Below, piece by piece: positions 40,101 to 53,020 of a stretch of DNA of 64,000 bases. Position numbers and translations under genes: made by a program. The notes below the pieces were generated by a model. The model was given only the letters and a program-made list of their open reading frames with translations. It made no database searches and was not told where the DNA came from. This stretch comes from Neoechinorhynchus agilis (taxonomy: Eukaryota; Animalia; Acanthocephala), in the NCBI GenBank assembly GCA_051530055.1, contig CM121341.1:10146784-10210783 (forward strand). The letters are read 5' to 3'. How positions within the stretch are numbered: position 1 is the stretch's first letter; each line of letters starts with the position of its first letter.

Positions 40101-40629
40101 GAGCATTGGTTCCGATATAGCTATCGAGGAAAAAATGTTGATCCACACGATGAAGCAATACAATGGGACAAAACAATGTCTGTTCACTTTCGGTGAGAAT
40201 AATCCCGGTCATTACATATTTTATTTATTCGAAATATTTCGCGAGGTATCCTCGCCTCTTCAATCATCTAAAAATAGGTTTTTCCAAGGAATCCCATAAC
40301 CCGATCTCTACAAATTTCACTTCTGCTTTATCTTATCATCCGTCACCGCTGCCCTTTCACACGAGCACAACACTCGTAATTCATTTAACAACAACGCGTT
40401 TTATTAATGAACAAAAAAAGCGGAACCGTGAACATCTGAGTCCTGACCAGTCAACTTTGAATTTGTTGTTATTGTTTGCGGGCGACTCGAAGGTTTCTTT
40501 GTGCATTATTAAGAAATGAACGTGTTGTCATTGAGGGAGCAGCAAATTGGCGCATTCAATTTAAGTGCCATTTCGGAACTTTGCATGCGCGCGGGAATAA
40601 TCGTTAGCTCTCTGTGCGCCGCTGGAAAC

Positions 40630-40709
40630 TGGCAGCGGTGGGATTCGAACCCACGCCCTTTCGGACCAGTGCCTTAAACTGGCGCCTTAGACCGCTCGGC
40701 CACGCTACC
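40630..40709 (-). tRNA. tRNA-Leu(AAG)
   Basis: GGTAGCGTGGCCGAGCGGTCTAAGGCG; anticodon arm CCAGT-TT AAG GC-ACTGG; long variable arm; GGTTCGAATCC; GCTGCCA end. Confidence 0.95.
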
Positions 40710-41000
40710 GGGAGCTGAACTTTTCATATTGAGAACATCTTATCTTTGATTTTGACAACATTGGTGACTCTAAAACCCTTAAGTTTATTTAGTCAGAATT
40801 ATCGGGCGTTTGCGATTGATTCCATAATCAATGTCGTGAGAACTCATCGATTTAGATGTTCGGTAAACCGCGAAATCGCTTTATTGATATTCAAATTTTC
40901 CCCTTGGGTTTCCATGTGCAATAACTCATTCCAAACTGTTGCACTTACGGTGGCATTCACAACTAACTAAGCATTATGCTTCCTCTGAGTATTTTTTAAA

Positions 41001-41295
41001 ATGCATTCACGTTCTCTATTGTTCATCTTCCTTTGTCTACTGATAGTTGCCTTTAACTGTCGCGGAGTGGGCAAATCCTCAGGACGTGGACGATCATCCG
41101 CATCTAGAGGATCAGGTAGATCGCATCATGCCACCAAATCGTCTTCATCGAATGGCGGTGCGAAATCGAACCGACACGGATTTGGAGGAAAGTCATCGAA
41201 AATGGCAAACAAGAGATCTTCAATATCCTCAACACCAACCCGAAGTGTGGGCATCAAGGCTAAAATGGATTTTAAAGCAGGAGTAGAAGTTCATG
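41001..41295 (+). CDS. First exon of a putative secreted basic Gly/Ser/Lys/Arg-rich protein
   Basis: Signal-peptide-like MHSRSLLFIFLCLLIVAFNC followed by a low-complexity basic tract; likely donor CAT|GTAAGG at about 41296. Downstream exon not identified. Confidence 0.5.
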
Positions 41296-41689
41296 TAAGG
41301 CATCACTGAAATATCTTTTATGTTTTGAAGAATACGTTTCTCAAAGTTAGACTTAAAGAAATAGACCTGTCGCACAAACTGGAACTTTCAATCATTCTTG
41401 AGAAAATGCATTTATTTCAATTTAAAACGCCAACGAATAATAACTCGAAGGTCATAGCTTCTTCGCATATTCTTTACCAAATGTAACTCCTTTACTAGTG
41501 TTCTTCTTTAATGTTTCTATTGCGATTTCAAGCAGTGATTCCTCACATGGGCTAAGTTTTCCGATTCCCAGACGCTTTTCAACTCCATGTTTCTAAAGAA
41601 ACGCAATTAAAATGCGGAAATCAAAATACGACTTGAAAGCAAGATATGCACAAATATTCAATTATCTTAGAATTTTTTTTCTTTTCGAC

Positions 41690-44600
41690 ATCTTTTATTT
41701 ACAAAACTCACAGCAAATCAAGTCTCATGTATCTACGAGCTTCCCAGATCCATCTCTTTACCATTCGGAACCGTCGCAAGGACACTTGCAGCGTTGCCGC
41801 GCTGGATCATGTTTTGCAGGAAGAACGTTCCTGCTCTTGGGTCTCCGGTTGCGATCCTCATCTTCCTTGAAAGATCCGCCGTAAAGTTTTTGGCCTCAGC
41901 ACCGAGCGTCTCAACGCCGAAAGGGACGAAGTGATGCGCCCTCAAGAGCTCCGCGTACTTCCCGCGCTTGCGTTCCTCTGCGGCAATTGCAGCACCTCCT
42001 TCGCGCCTTGAGGGGACAGGAAAAGGGTGTCCACCCCAGAGAAGGGATTTCCTTTCTGGCCACGGGAACACAGTTATCTCGTCCGGTCTCCGACCGTCGA
42101 GTCTGCAGAGGTGACTCGGTTCGAGCAGATTCGGTGCGTGTATCGTGTTTAAGGCCCCCACCGGACTGGCGACAGACGAGACCGTGTCTACCCAAAGAAT
42201 CCACAAGGGCCCCACAACGACAGTAGTGTGGGACACAAATCGGGAGACCTAGTCGTAAGGACACTCCGATCTTTACTGTTTCGTCCGACAGTAAATTTCC
42301 GATCGAAGGAATCGGAACTGCGTTCAGCCAGGCACCGGATTCCTTCGAGGAGACCGCCAACAATCGAGCTCGGGTCACCTCATCACGCGCGTCAGAAAGC
42401 ATTGAGTTGCGAACTCGCGTGATTAAAGGTTTATCCCAAACTGACTGTCTCTTGCCTCTCAAAGTAACTTCATCGCACTGCGTAATGCAACAAAATTCGA
42501 AGACCGCCTCTTTAAAATTTTCATCAAGTAAAAACTCTTTTTCGAGCAATTTAGCTACCAACTTTCGGCTGCTCTCATAGGAACCTAAAAAGGCCGGAAT
42601 CGCAACATCGGATGTTTTACGAATACCCAAACCGCCGGAAGATACAGGCAAGGAAGCTTGTCTCCATGCCTCATCCGACAGTTGAATATTTGAAATCCCT
42701 TCGAGACACCTCCTTAAATTATCATCAATTTTCGTCAAGGAGTGATGATGTTTGAAGAAGGGCGCTGTACGCAACTTGTACAGCAACTTCGGAAGGAACA
42801 GGGCACTCTTTATTAAAAATAATGCCTGATGGGATGGAAGTTCCCTCGTACGCTCGTAGAGCAATTCGACTCTCGGCGCTATTTGGAGGATCTCCTGAGG
42901 TATATTTTCATTAAAAACGCAACTACCCAGAAGAGACGGTATGTTAGGTGCTAGCTGCGTAAAGCTGTTGAGGATCTCAGTTTGACTAGCGGCGTTTTCT
43001 GCATTCATCACAAACAGCTCACATTTCGAGGTATTAAGCTCAACGCCGAGCTTGGCAGCTTCCCGCATGACGACCTCCAAATCTCGCAACACCACGGAGG
43101 GAGACTCACCGAGTGTTGCGTTGTCCAAATACCAAGCATTAAACTTGGATTTGAGCGAATGAGCGATCGGCCCGATGATATGGTCGTTAAAAACAAGAGG
43201 AGTCTCAGTCCCACAGGCGTTGAGGAAATACTGGTATGCGTCCGATGCGTAAGTTGCGACAGCTTCTAGGGGCACACTGCGATCAACACAGTTGAAGGCG
43301 TTTCGGAAGTCGCATTTGAGCACAACACAGGACTCTGAACTGCTTGTGACAAAAGAGCGAAGTGCGTGCACGACAGCTTCGGCTCCGCAAGGCGTACAGC
43401 AACCCAGTTGTACCAAGCGGAAAAGTTCGCCGAGATCCACTGCAAGACGTTTGCAAAGAATCTTTGCTGCAAGACGCCGAAGTATAGACCCTATAGCGAT
43501 GGAACGTATCCCACCGTCTTTCTTTTTAAGGGCACAGATTGAAGCGCCGAAAAACAATTGAATTGCGACGGGAGGCAATTCGTCACCAACGAACAGATCA
43601 ACGAGGCGAGTCAATCTATTCGAAAGGCTCTGAGCGGCTTCACCCACGGAACAAGGACAACATATCCTAGAGGTGTTGAGGCCTAAGCCCGTCTAGCCCA
43701 TGACCGGATCCACTAGCAAGGCAGCGATTGGGAAAGTTATGAGCTTTGGCGCTTCCGATGGATGATGCTTTTGTTCAGGGTTTCGAGAGTTTCCTCGCTA
43801 ACCTGGGCAAATACTTCCGAGGAGAAGAGGATGCGAACAGCTCCCCGGATATCAACATCCGAAATTTTCGAGGAGGCGCGTTCCCCTATGGATCTAGCAG
43901 GAAACGTACCGTGTGTGGGGTGTTCTGTAGGTCCGCGATCGGCAGCTCGAATTGCGTCCGTAAAGAGTTGATCGAAGGAGGCGATTCTTTCTTTGATTGA
44001 ACTGACCAACGACCCCTCCGAACGGTCACCAGTGCGAAGAACCAGCCTGGGAAAAGCGAAGAGACCTGTCCATGCAATGTCAGACCCGTTTTCTAAGCAA
44101 TCCCTTAACAAAGCACTAAATGACTTCGTCATCTGATACCGAGCGCTCTTTGGGATCCGTTTCAGGGCGTTACTGCGCAGAACGCGCAAGATATCAGGGA
44201 ATTTCGTGGGAATGACCTGAGGCGCTGGGACATTCCGAGGAGGTAGTGGGTTCGGGATGACAGATCTTGGGGGGCGGGAGGAACCAGAACAGCGGGATCT
44301 GAAGGGATCGTGTATCCGAACTAACAAGGATTTGTTAAGGCAAAAACAACCACCGCATTCCGAACAAAAACCTTTCGGGAAGAGATGTCCTGGAGGTTTG
44401 ATAACTCGGCCTGTTGTTGTAAAGCCGTTGCGTCATCATCATCATTGAACTCGACGTCGTCCGGTTGTCGTGTGATGGGCACAGGTTGATGACGCCACAG
44501 TCGGCACGGCAGAATCCGAGAGGTCAACGTTCCGCTGCATTGTGTAAAGAAAGACCTCAAAAAAGACCGGTCGAGACAACACAACGAATTCTCAGCTAGC
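41690..44600 (-). mobile_element. Near full-length CRE-clade RLE retrotransposon (N-terminal CxxC..H finger, RT, CCHC knuckle, PD-(D/E)xK endonuclease)
   Basis: CSECGGCFC...RIH; ALKKKDGGIRSIAIG, DFRNAFN, WYLDN (a deletion removed the QGDP block); CRCGALVDSLGRHGLVC; RPDEITVFPW; AATAAA and A-rich tail near 41680-41705. Confidence 0.88.
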
Positions 44601-45835
44601 TTATCGGTCGGTAAGCAAAGAACGCTGTCAAGAACTGTTGAGAAAGTTTTGCAGGAAATTACGATATATAGAACGCAAAAGCTCAGCCTTTTTGACGCAG
44701 ACGATTAGCCCCGAACGGGTGTGCAAAGATCCTTTGAAGATATTTGATTGTGACTGTCGCGCTTTGTATTAATTCAAAAACTGTAAATTAATCCAGTTAA
44801 AAAGTTCTTCGAGAAGCCATAGAATGCGCAGTTGAAAAGGATTGTCAATTAGATTTTAAATGTGCAACCCATTAGTCAATCTTGACAGGGACAGTAGGAA
44901 TCTCAATAATCCCTTCTAGGAACATTTACACACTCTGGGGATAATGTTAGATATAAATTATTGATTAGATGTTTTCATCAGCTTATAAATTGTTATTTCG
45001 ATATTGATATTGTACATAATTTAATTTGATCCTGAATAGCGGCCAATACAATGGAAGACAATAAAGCGAATTTCAGCGTAAAACTACCTGCTAGCGACGT
45101 AGTTAAAATCAATAGAACACACACGATACAGTGGAGGGTTTATGAGCAGGAGAACACGGTTCCCGAACGTTGTCGGAAATAGCGAATCTGTCAATCTCAG
45201 CCTTTTAGACAAAACATAGAAAAGAACCATAACCAGGCGAGGTTATCCCATGAAATATTTCCTAATAATAAAATGATTTATAACCGGGCGAGTATATTCA
45301 CCACAAGTCAAAATATAATATGAGTAATCGTGTTAACGAATCAAAAACGCTCAGTGAGTTGAGTATCTAGATTAACTGATCGCATGAACTAATTGAGCTC
45401 CACGATTTGAAGGAAAGAGGAAGCTCATTGATAAGTCTCCGGTGAGATTCTTACAAACTCATAATCGCACGGTCATGAGCATTGAGCGAAGACCAGCGCT
45501 TTTCCAGACCAAATCGACGTACTGTGTGTCCATTCGGCCGTGCAATGGAAAAAAATCTAAAACATATCTATCATAAGGATATTGTATAAAATAAACACAA
45601 AACACAGTCGAAGTTGCCCTAAACAAAGATTCCGAGGTTTGATTTTGGAAAAACTGTTGCTTTTTAATATAAGAGAGGTATTTTAAAGTTGATTTAATTT
45701 CTGCGCTATACGGCGATCATTAGTTAAAAAGACAATCACAGTCTCCGATAAGGTTAAAAAATGCGACCTTTTAATTCTAATAAAACTTTTATTCACTAAT
45801 ATACCATTTAGAACGTCTTTATTCATGAAATCCGC

Positions 45836-47311
45836 TTACATACCGCCTGTTACTGCGAATCCCTTCGCTGCCAATAATGATCTGGAGCTCAGTTGGTATT
45901 GGAGTATACAATGCAGGAAGTGCCAGAAATTCATGGCTGGCCACACTGGTTTAAGAAAAGCCAAATAAGCGAATTTTCCTTGAAATACCATGAAATCGCT
46001 CAGTCGTTGAACATTTGACGTCCTAAGAATGATATCAGGCGGCGAGCAATGCGCAAAATCACTGTTATCATAGAACAGACGTTCAATGTTAGACAGATTC
46101 ACTGCATCGACGGTTTTATTCAAAAAAAAAGAAATTACTGAAAATAAAACCATAGATTGCGGCTAAATCACTAACGGATTCTAACTTCTCCATAATCCTA
46201 GCAGCTTCATCAGTACTCGTGTACGAAATGCATATATTTATGCATATTGGAGCGTATGGCGACTCTACGTTGTTTTCATTGTCAGGATTTTTGCAAAGAG
46301 ATTCCAGTCTGGTGACCTTCTCGCGGAGAACATCGGGCAACATCTTCAGGTCACCGCAGAATTTTAATTGATAAGAATGTCCAGAAAGTACTGACTTTAC
46401 CTTGTCGACGTCTTCGGAGTGTTTGGTCATCTCGTCGATCAAATAGTCTATTCCAATGATTCTCAAAATTGAAGGGAAACTGGATGAAATGAAGCAAAAA
46501 AACAATAGAAACCAAACGAATTTCTGATATTTCTACCACGATCTTCACTCCGCTTCTCTCCTTTATTTTCTGTTTGATAATTGAATGGTTCATATTGGTT
46601 GTTTTATGGCGATACCAAGGTTGCTTGTAAGTTTTTAGATATGCGAGGCCGAAATATCGGATTTAAAATAAACTCATTTTAATTTCTCCGCAAAAAAACC
46701 TTTATTCTCTTTCCATGAATCGGAAAATAAGCTACTAATTTACATATAAACACGTTATTGTACTTTTAAGCTTAAAATTAAGGCCCAACGTACCTCAAAA
46801 AGAAAAGGTTTCTTCTAAATTTCGGAAGGTAAAAAAGGATTATAAATATTAGCTTAAAGATTACTCGATGATTTCCATCACACGTCTTTAGAGAACCACT
46901 GGCCACCCGACTCTCAAAAATCTCAAACAAAGATCTCACCTCATCAGGTCGTCTTCGGAAATTCTCAATTGAGAACGCGTAGAAGGTAACAGTCGGAATT
47001 CCTAAAATACAACACCACTTGATGACTTCCACGAACTTATTAAAGCCGCATTTATAGGCTTCGTTGGGTTCGATTCCGCGGTTTTGGCCGAATCGCCTAT
47101 TGCCGTCCATGATGAAAGCTATGTGGTTTGGCATTCGTCCGCATCGCACTATCGCAACAGCGATCCTTTGAAAAATCGATAGCACACCAATAGGTGATTT
47201 GGATGTGTTCAATATATTTGTTGCGTTTTCAATCTTTCTTAAAGATTCCTCTGCCATGCGAGCATTTTTGGTCGGCATAACCTTGTCAGTTTTTCGTTTC
47301 CCTCGGTACAT
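45836..47311 (-). CDS. DHDDS: cis-prenyltransferase / dehydrodolichyl diphosphate synthase; three coding blocks
   Basis: PNHIAFIMDGNRR, FYAFSIENFRR, GDLKMLP, CISYTS, PDIILRTS..RLSDF. Confidence 0.92.
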
Positions 47312-48175
47312 CTTTTTCTGCGGTTACAATGTGGTAATAATTGTCACAATAAAACCTTAAAAGGTCAAACGAAGGTTGCGGAAAAGTCTAAAAGAGAAAC
47401 ATGTTTAGACAGTGACATCAAAGTACTTCAAAATTTCACTTAGGTGAATAATACGAGGCAGTGTGTGGGTGAATATTCGAATTAGGATTTAGATTTTTTC
47501 AAGTTCCCCAAGAAATTGCAACTAAGAAAATTAAAGTGTCAAATTGCGAAATTTTCTTTACTATAACCTTCAGCAAAGCTAAATATCGGTGATAAAATAT
47601 GTTAAAATTTTCAATGTTGCAATTTAAGTCTCATCTCATATAAGCATTCTGGCGAAACGTAGCATCCGCTACTCATCATGATTTCTTCTCGTTGTACAGG
47701 AAATTCAGTACAAATTGTTTTATGAACTTTAGACGCTTATTTTTTAAATTGATATTTGGCGCAACTAAAGAATTATAGATTAATTTAGTTAATTTTCGGG
47801 CTGAGCGTGGGCTTTCTTCAGATATTGTTAAAGTGTTTTATTCGCAAGCTTATTTTATCTAAATCGCCTTCTTTATTTTTAGCCTCAAAGCGCAGCTAAT
47901 TATATTCAATATTGGGGCTGTTCTGAGACGCTATTGGTCAACTCTACTTTTGAAATTTAAAACGCAGTTGCTAAAAAGAACATTAAAAGCAACCAACATT
48001 CGCACCCACCTATGAGTGTTTTTTGAATCTAAAAAACTTTTGCCGTGCAACGAATCATTGCATTTATCGTTCACTTTGAAGCACCCGATCACTCATGGTG
48101 CTGACTGACGAACGACGACGACGATACTTTTGTGCTGAAGAAACACAAACTCACACACACGCGAACGAGTCAACA

Positions 48176-49268
48176 TCAATTCTGGGAGTTCACTTGTTCA
48201 AAGTAGAACTTTGCTTTCTCAGGATGTGGAATAATCGAATTTGAGCCCGGTTTCCAGTTCGCAGGACACACGTGACCGTTTTTCTGAACGAATTGGAGCG
48301 CATCGAGCACTCGCATCGCCTCTTCGGTTGATCGACCAATATCCGAATCGTTCATCGTGATTTGTCTTACCAATCCTCGTGGATCAATCAGAAAAGATGC
48401 TCTGTGGAGAAGATGGCGGTCGAAGGTGATCTTCGTCGAATTCTTAACTGATTTCTACTAAAATGCATAAATGATAATCCAGACTGTCGTGCAACTATTA
48501 CTCGAAAATTAAATTTTAGAAAAACGTGCAGCAAAAAAGGAAATCACCAAACGTTTTATTCTATATACGAATTATTTGATGTGATTAATGCAAGATAAAC
48601 TGAAGTTTAATAGTAAATTGTTTGAATTATTAGGTTTTTTTGGAACAGTTTACAACCAGCAAAAAGCCTTCACAACATTTAATGAGCTAGATGCTCACAA
48701 TTTAAAATTCAGATTGTTTCGTCAAAGGCTCCAGTAGTAAAGTGTTAAAACGAAAATAATACTTATCCTTTAGATTACTCAAAAAATTAATTGGAAGCAA
48801 TGGAAGGTAATAATCGTATTTAAAATCTTATGAAGAATCGCAATGACCCTTAAAAAGTGGCGAAATTCAATGATTTTAAAAAACCGCCACCCTTTTCATA
48901 AAAGCAATTCCATTTTCCTCATCAAGAACTCCATATCTCCTAGATATTTCCATGTTTTTATCAGCAAGTAAAGGTATTTCTAAATTTCCGAGTCCGCCTT
49001 CACGTTGTGAACGCTTGGTCCATGCGAGATGGCTGAATTTACTATCAGTTGAAATGGCGACGATCTCGCAATTTTTAACTCTAAAGTCAGCTGCTTTATA
49101 ATTGAAGGCCAGAATTTCCGTTGGACAGACGAAGCTGAAATCAAGAGGATAGAACAACAGCAGAAGGTATTTTCCTTCATATTTTTCAAGATTTATTTTT
49201 GAAAAGGTTCCATTGAGGACGGCATCAGCTTCGAATCTTGGAGCAGCCTTTGATAGTAGTGTTTGCAT
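48176..49268 (-). CDS. PRDX: Typical 2-Cys peroxiredoxin; two coding blocks
   Basis: FYPLDFSFVCPTE, DSKFSHLAW, RASFLIDPRGLVRQIT, GRST, HVCPANW. Confidence 0.95.
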
Positions 49269-49759
49269 GTCGTTCTCACAACATTGGGGAAGAGAGCGCT
49301 TGGCTGGTTATAGACATTAAAATAACACGTTTTTATTACCACACACCCAAACAAGCACGGGCACCATGTATCTTTGGATTCGTGCTGTTTGAGACTGAAT
49401 TCGAAAAGAGTTGCAAGTCGACCCGGAACTTTGCTAGACTTTCTCTTCGCCGAACACGCAAAAGCAATTTGTGGTAAAGCAAATCCATCCGATGAAGACA
49501 GCTTTCGAAATGGGAATAGAATAAAATTATGGATTGAAAGCGAGAAGATTTCGAAACCACAAGTTAATTTAGACGATTTGTTTGCAGCGGTTCATATGTC
49601 AATCGATAAACTGGAACAGTAAAATCTCTCTTTCGGCTACCATCAAAATTAGGAGCAGCAAAAAGACTTGCACTGCAATCGACGGTTACCAAATCAAGCG
49701 ACAAATGAAGAACCTTTTTATAGCGAGTATTATAATAATTGATTAATTTTTATTAAGTC

Positions 49760-50280
49760 AGGTGAAAAACGAAATACATGGGGCCGGGTAACCTCGATGT
49801 GCAAGGAACTCAGATCGAAAAGATGGACACCCTCAAATATTTGGGAAGCCTATTGAACATGCAATGTGAGCTCGAACCAGAGATCGGACAAAGAGTTCAA
49901 TGCGGGTGGAACAACTGGAGAAAGACAACAGGCATCCCCTGCGATAAGCATCTCCCGAAACGGCGGGTGTACAAGGCAGTAGTGCGACCCGCTATGATCC
50001 ACGGAGCAGAGAAGTGGGATACGAAGAAGGAAGACGTTCAACGATTAGCCGTCAACGAAATGCGGAAGCCGAGATGGTCCGCAGGATTGACACGCAAGGA
50101 TCGAGTGCCCAATGACGAGGTGCGAAAGCTGTTTGCTGCCGAGCCGACCGAGGAGGTAATCGCTAAGAGGCGGGTGCGATGGTACCTGCAGGTGACAGAG
50201 GCAGATGAAGACGCAGCTCGAGGGGAAAAGGAGAAGAGGGAGGCCCAATAAGAGGTGGGAAGACAGTGTGAGAGGAGATC
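49760..50280 (+). mobile_element. RTE-clade retrotransposon 3' fragment
   Basis: LKYLGS...YKAVVRPAMIHGAEKW...RWSAGLTRKDRVPN...RRVRWY. Confidence 0.85.
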
Positions 50281-50539
50281 TCAAGATGCTGGGAAAGGAG
50301 AAGAACGAAGACGAAAACCGACAATGCTGAAAAGAACGACCTCTCAAGTTAGAGAAAAGTTCAAAGAAATGTTGTTTTTGTATCTATGTTCGACCATTTT
50401 CCCGGCTGATAATTTTTCGTCTGGCACACAGCCCACCGATCTGGTATTTTATGACAAAAAATTTTCTTTTCAGAAGTGTTTTATTTTAAGATGGGATCGT
50501 GCCTCGGACACTGGCGGCAGTTCCTCGTTGGATTACGAG

Positions 50540-51000
50540 GCTAATAATTTGGATTAGGAAAGTCCTCTCGCGCCGCTCTCCTGTGCAAGATGTGAGCAGC
50601 CGTCCAGGTTCAGCGCAGAAGTTTTGTACTGACGATCCCAGTGCCCCTTGCGTTTCCACGCAGAAAGGAATATATAATTTTGTCGTAGCTCTTTGTATTT
50701 ATCTACTTTCCTCCTTTCGGCGGCACTCGCTGCTCCTCCCGTCTCAGTCAGGGCCTCTTGTCGGTTGGACGGGGCAAGTGAGTCGACACACGTTGCATCC
50801 CAAATCAGACTTTTCCCTTCTTTCCAAGGGAAAACGGTGATACCGTAGGGGCGCTTACCATCCGAGCGACATAGATGATTGGCCTCCAGGATGTTGGGGA
50901 TGTGTATCGATTTCAGAGCTTTGCTAATAATCGAGCTCCGCGTGCCTCGCAAAACGACCACTCGACCTCTTGCAGAAGAGTCCATGTGTTCCGAGCTCGT
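50540..51000 (-). mobile_element. CRE-clade RLE 3' fragment
   Basis: CRSDGKRPYGITVFPWKEGKSLIWDATCVDSLAPS. Confidence 0.85.
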
Positions 51001-51017
51001 CGACCTCTGAACCGCAT

Positions 51018-51510
51018 ATGAATTGTATTCGTTAATTTGACTACTATGGACAACTAGTGATTATCCTTGAACAACTGATTTCTACTTTGGGCACACAGCC
51101 AACCAATCCGGGTCATGAAAGCTCATAAATTTGATTAATACCCTGAAACGTACACTCATAATTCCGGATCTTTTTATGTTCCTGCCGAGAAGGTGGCAAA
51201 TCAGCCGTACAAACTTTCACGCCACCGCCTTTCTGGATCCCTCAGCTGTCGTCTTGGTGTAATTCCGGACGACTAAAATGAATTCTATTCGTTAATTTGA
51301 CTACTGTGGACAAGTAGTGATTATCCTTAAACAACTGATTTCTACTTTGGGCACACATCCCACCGATCTGGGTCATGAAAGCTCATAAATTTGATTAATA
51401 CCCTGAAACGTACACTCATAATTCCGGATCTTTTTATGTTCCTGCCGAGAAGGCGGCAAATCAGCCGTACAAACTTTCACGCCACCGCCTTTCTGGATCC
51501 CCCAGCTGTC
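51018..51510. repeat. Tandem duplication (260-bp unit, about 2 copies) of an unclassified dispersed repeat
   Basis: ATGAATT(G/C)TATTCGTTAATTTGAC at 51018 and 51278; related pieces at about 24325-24395, 50425, 63037-63150, 12330-12400 and 45437-45500. Confidence 0.8.
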
Positions 51511-53020
51511 CCGCATCTGTGAGAACTCTTCTCACTGATGAGGTAACGAAGATCGCAGTGTCCTTAAGAATTGGTCTCCCGATATGCACGCTCATTCGCT
51601 GTCGACGTCCATGCTTGAAGCTTTCGGGCCACACGGTCTAGTTTACCGAAAGTAAGGAGGAAGGTTCTCACGCCATTCTGAGATCAACAGCGTAATTTCT
51701 TGGGCGTTGAAAACGGCGAAATTCCCCAACATCTTGGAAGCCGCCCATCTTTGTAGACCTGACGTAATTTCGGTCTTTCCGTGGCGGGAGGGCAAACGAT
51801 TTCTCTGGGATGCCACGTCCCTCGCAGTATGCAACATCCCCTACTCCCTCGAAATCCCTGGAGGTGCAGCCAGCGCAGGGGAAGGGAGGAAGGTACGAAA
51901 ATATAGAGAATTAGCAAAGGTCAACTATTTTGTCCCCTTCGTAGTACAGACGTATTGTGCGCTTGGCAGCTCGGCACTCACTCTGCTCCAGGATCTCTCG
52001 AAGAAATTGAGAGAAACGACCGGCGACGCACGAGCAGTGTATTCCTGCGACAAAATATCTCGCTCGCAGTACAACGAGGCAATGCTGCTAGCGTGATGGC
52101 GACGGTCGAGGAAGGAGAGAAGCTAAGATTTTGCGGACGCTGGTGATTGCACGCTTTGTACTTTGTTATTTTATGATAAAAAGATTTATATCCATTCAAA
52201 AAAAATCGTTTATGACGCAGAATTGATCGATGTTTATTTCTTCCGTGTCTTCACCGTACTGAGTTGTTTTTTGTCGAAAATTCACACTTAAGCTGTTGTA
52301 ATGAAAAAAGAAATTTTTTTATTTTCGAGCGTATTGAATGTTGCTTACTGCGAGGGTGTCCACACACGTGGCGTCCCAGAGACATCGTTTGCCCTCCCGC
52401 CACGGAAAGACCGAAATTACGTCAGGTCTACAAAGATGGACGGGTTCCAAGATGTTGGGGAATTTCGCCGTTTTCAACGCCCGAGAAATTACGCTGTTGA
52501 TCTCAGAATGGTGTCAGAACCTTAATCCTTACTTTCGGTAAACTAGACCGTGTGGCCCGAAAGCTTCAAGCAAAGCGTCGACAGCGAATGGGCGTGCATA
52601 TCGGGAGACCAAGTCTTAAGGACACTGCGATCTTCGTTACCTCATCAGTGAGAAGAGTTCCCACTGATGCCAGAGGAACAGCCTCCAACCACGACCCAGA
52701 TTCTCGTGTCGAAACTGCCAACAATCTAACCCCCATCGCGAGAACCTGAAAGTAGAGAGCTGTAAGCTCTCGCGACGAGAGGTCTGTCTCAGATCGACCG
52801 TCTGAGCCCATTCACGGGAATATGGTTAGCGCCTGTCTGCTAACACCATTCTTCAACTGCTACCACAAAGTCTTGGTCAAGACAAAACTTTTCCTTCAGA
52901 ATTTTCTTCACTATTGGTTGACTCCCCTCGTACGATCCAAGGAAGGCTGGCGAGGTCTACTAGCGCCCGAATGCCCATTCCCCCAGATGACACAGGCAAT
53001 GAAGCTTGTCGTTAGCCTCA
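51510..53020. mobile_element. Scrambled CRE-clade fragments in both orientations
   Basis: Plus-strand RLE piece 51510-52160, partial duplicate 52270-52530, and minus-strand piece 52530-53000 (SWLEAVPLASVGTLLTDEV). Confidence 0.8.

Noticed and set aside
44690-44735. HDV-like ribozyme at the 5' end of the long CRE element (GGCTAAT motif on the minus strand)
   Set aside because: I could not find a complementary P2 or an L3 motif upstream.
48404-48899. U12-type AT-AC intron in peroxiredoxin
   Set aside because: The 5' end is ATGAAAAG, not the U12 consensus ATATCCTT, and I see no TCCTTAAC branch site.
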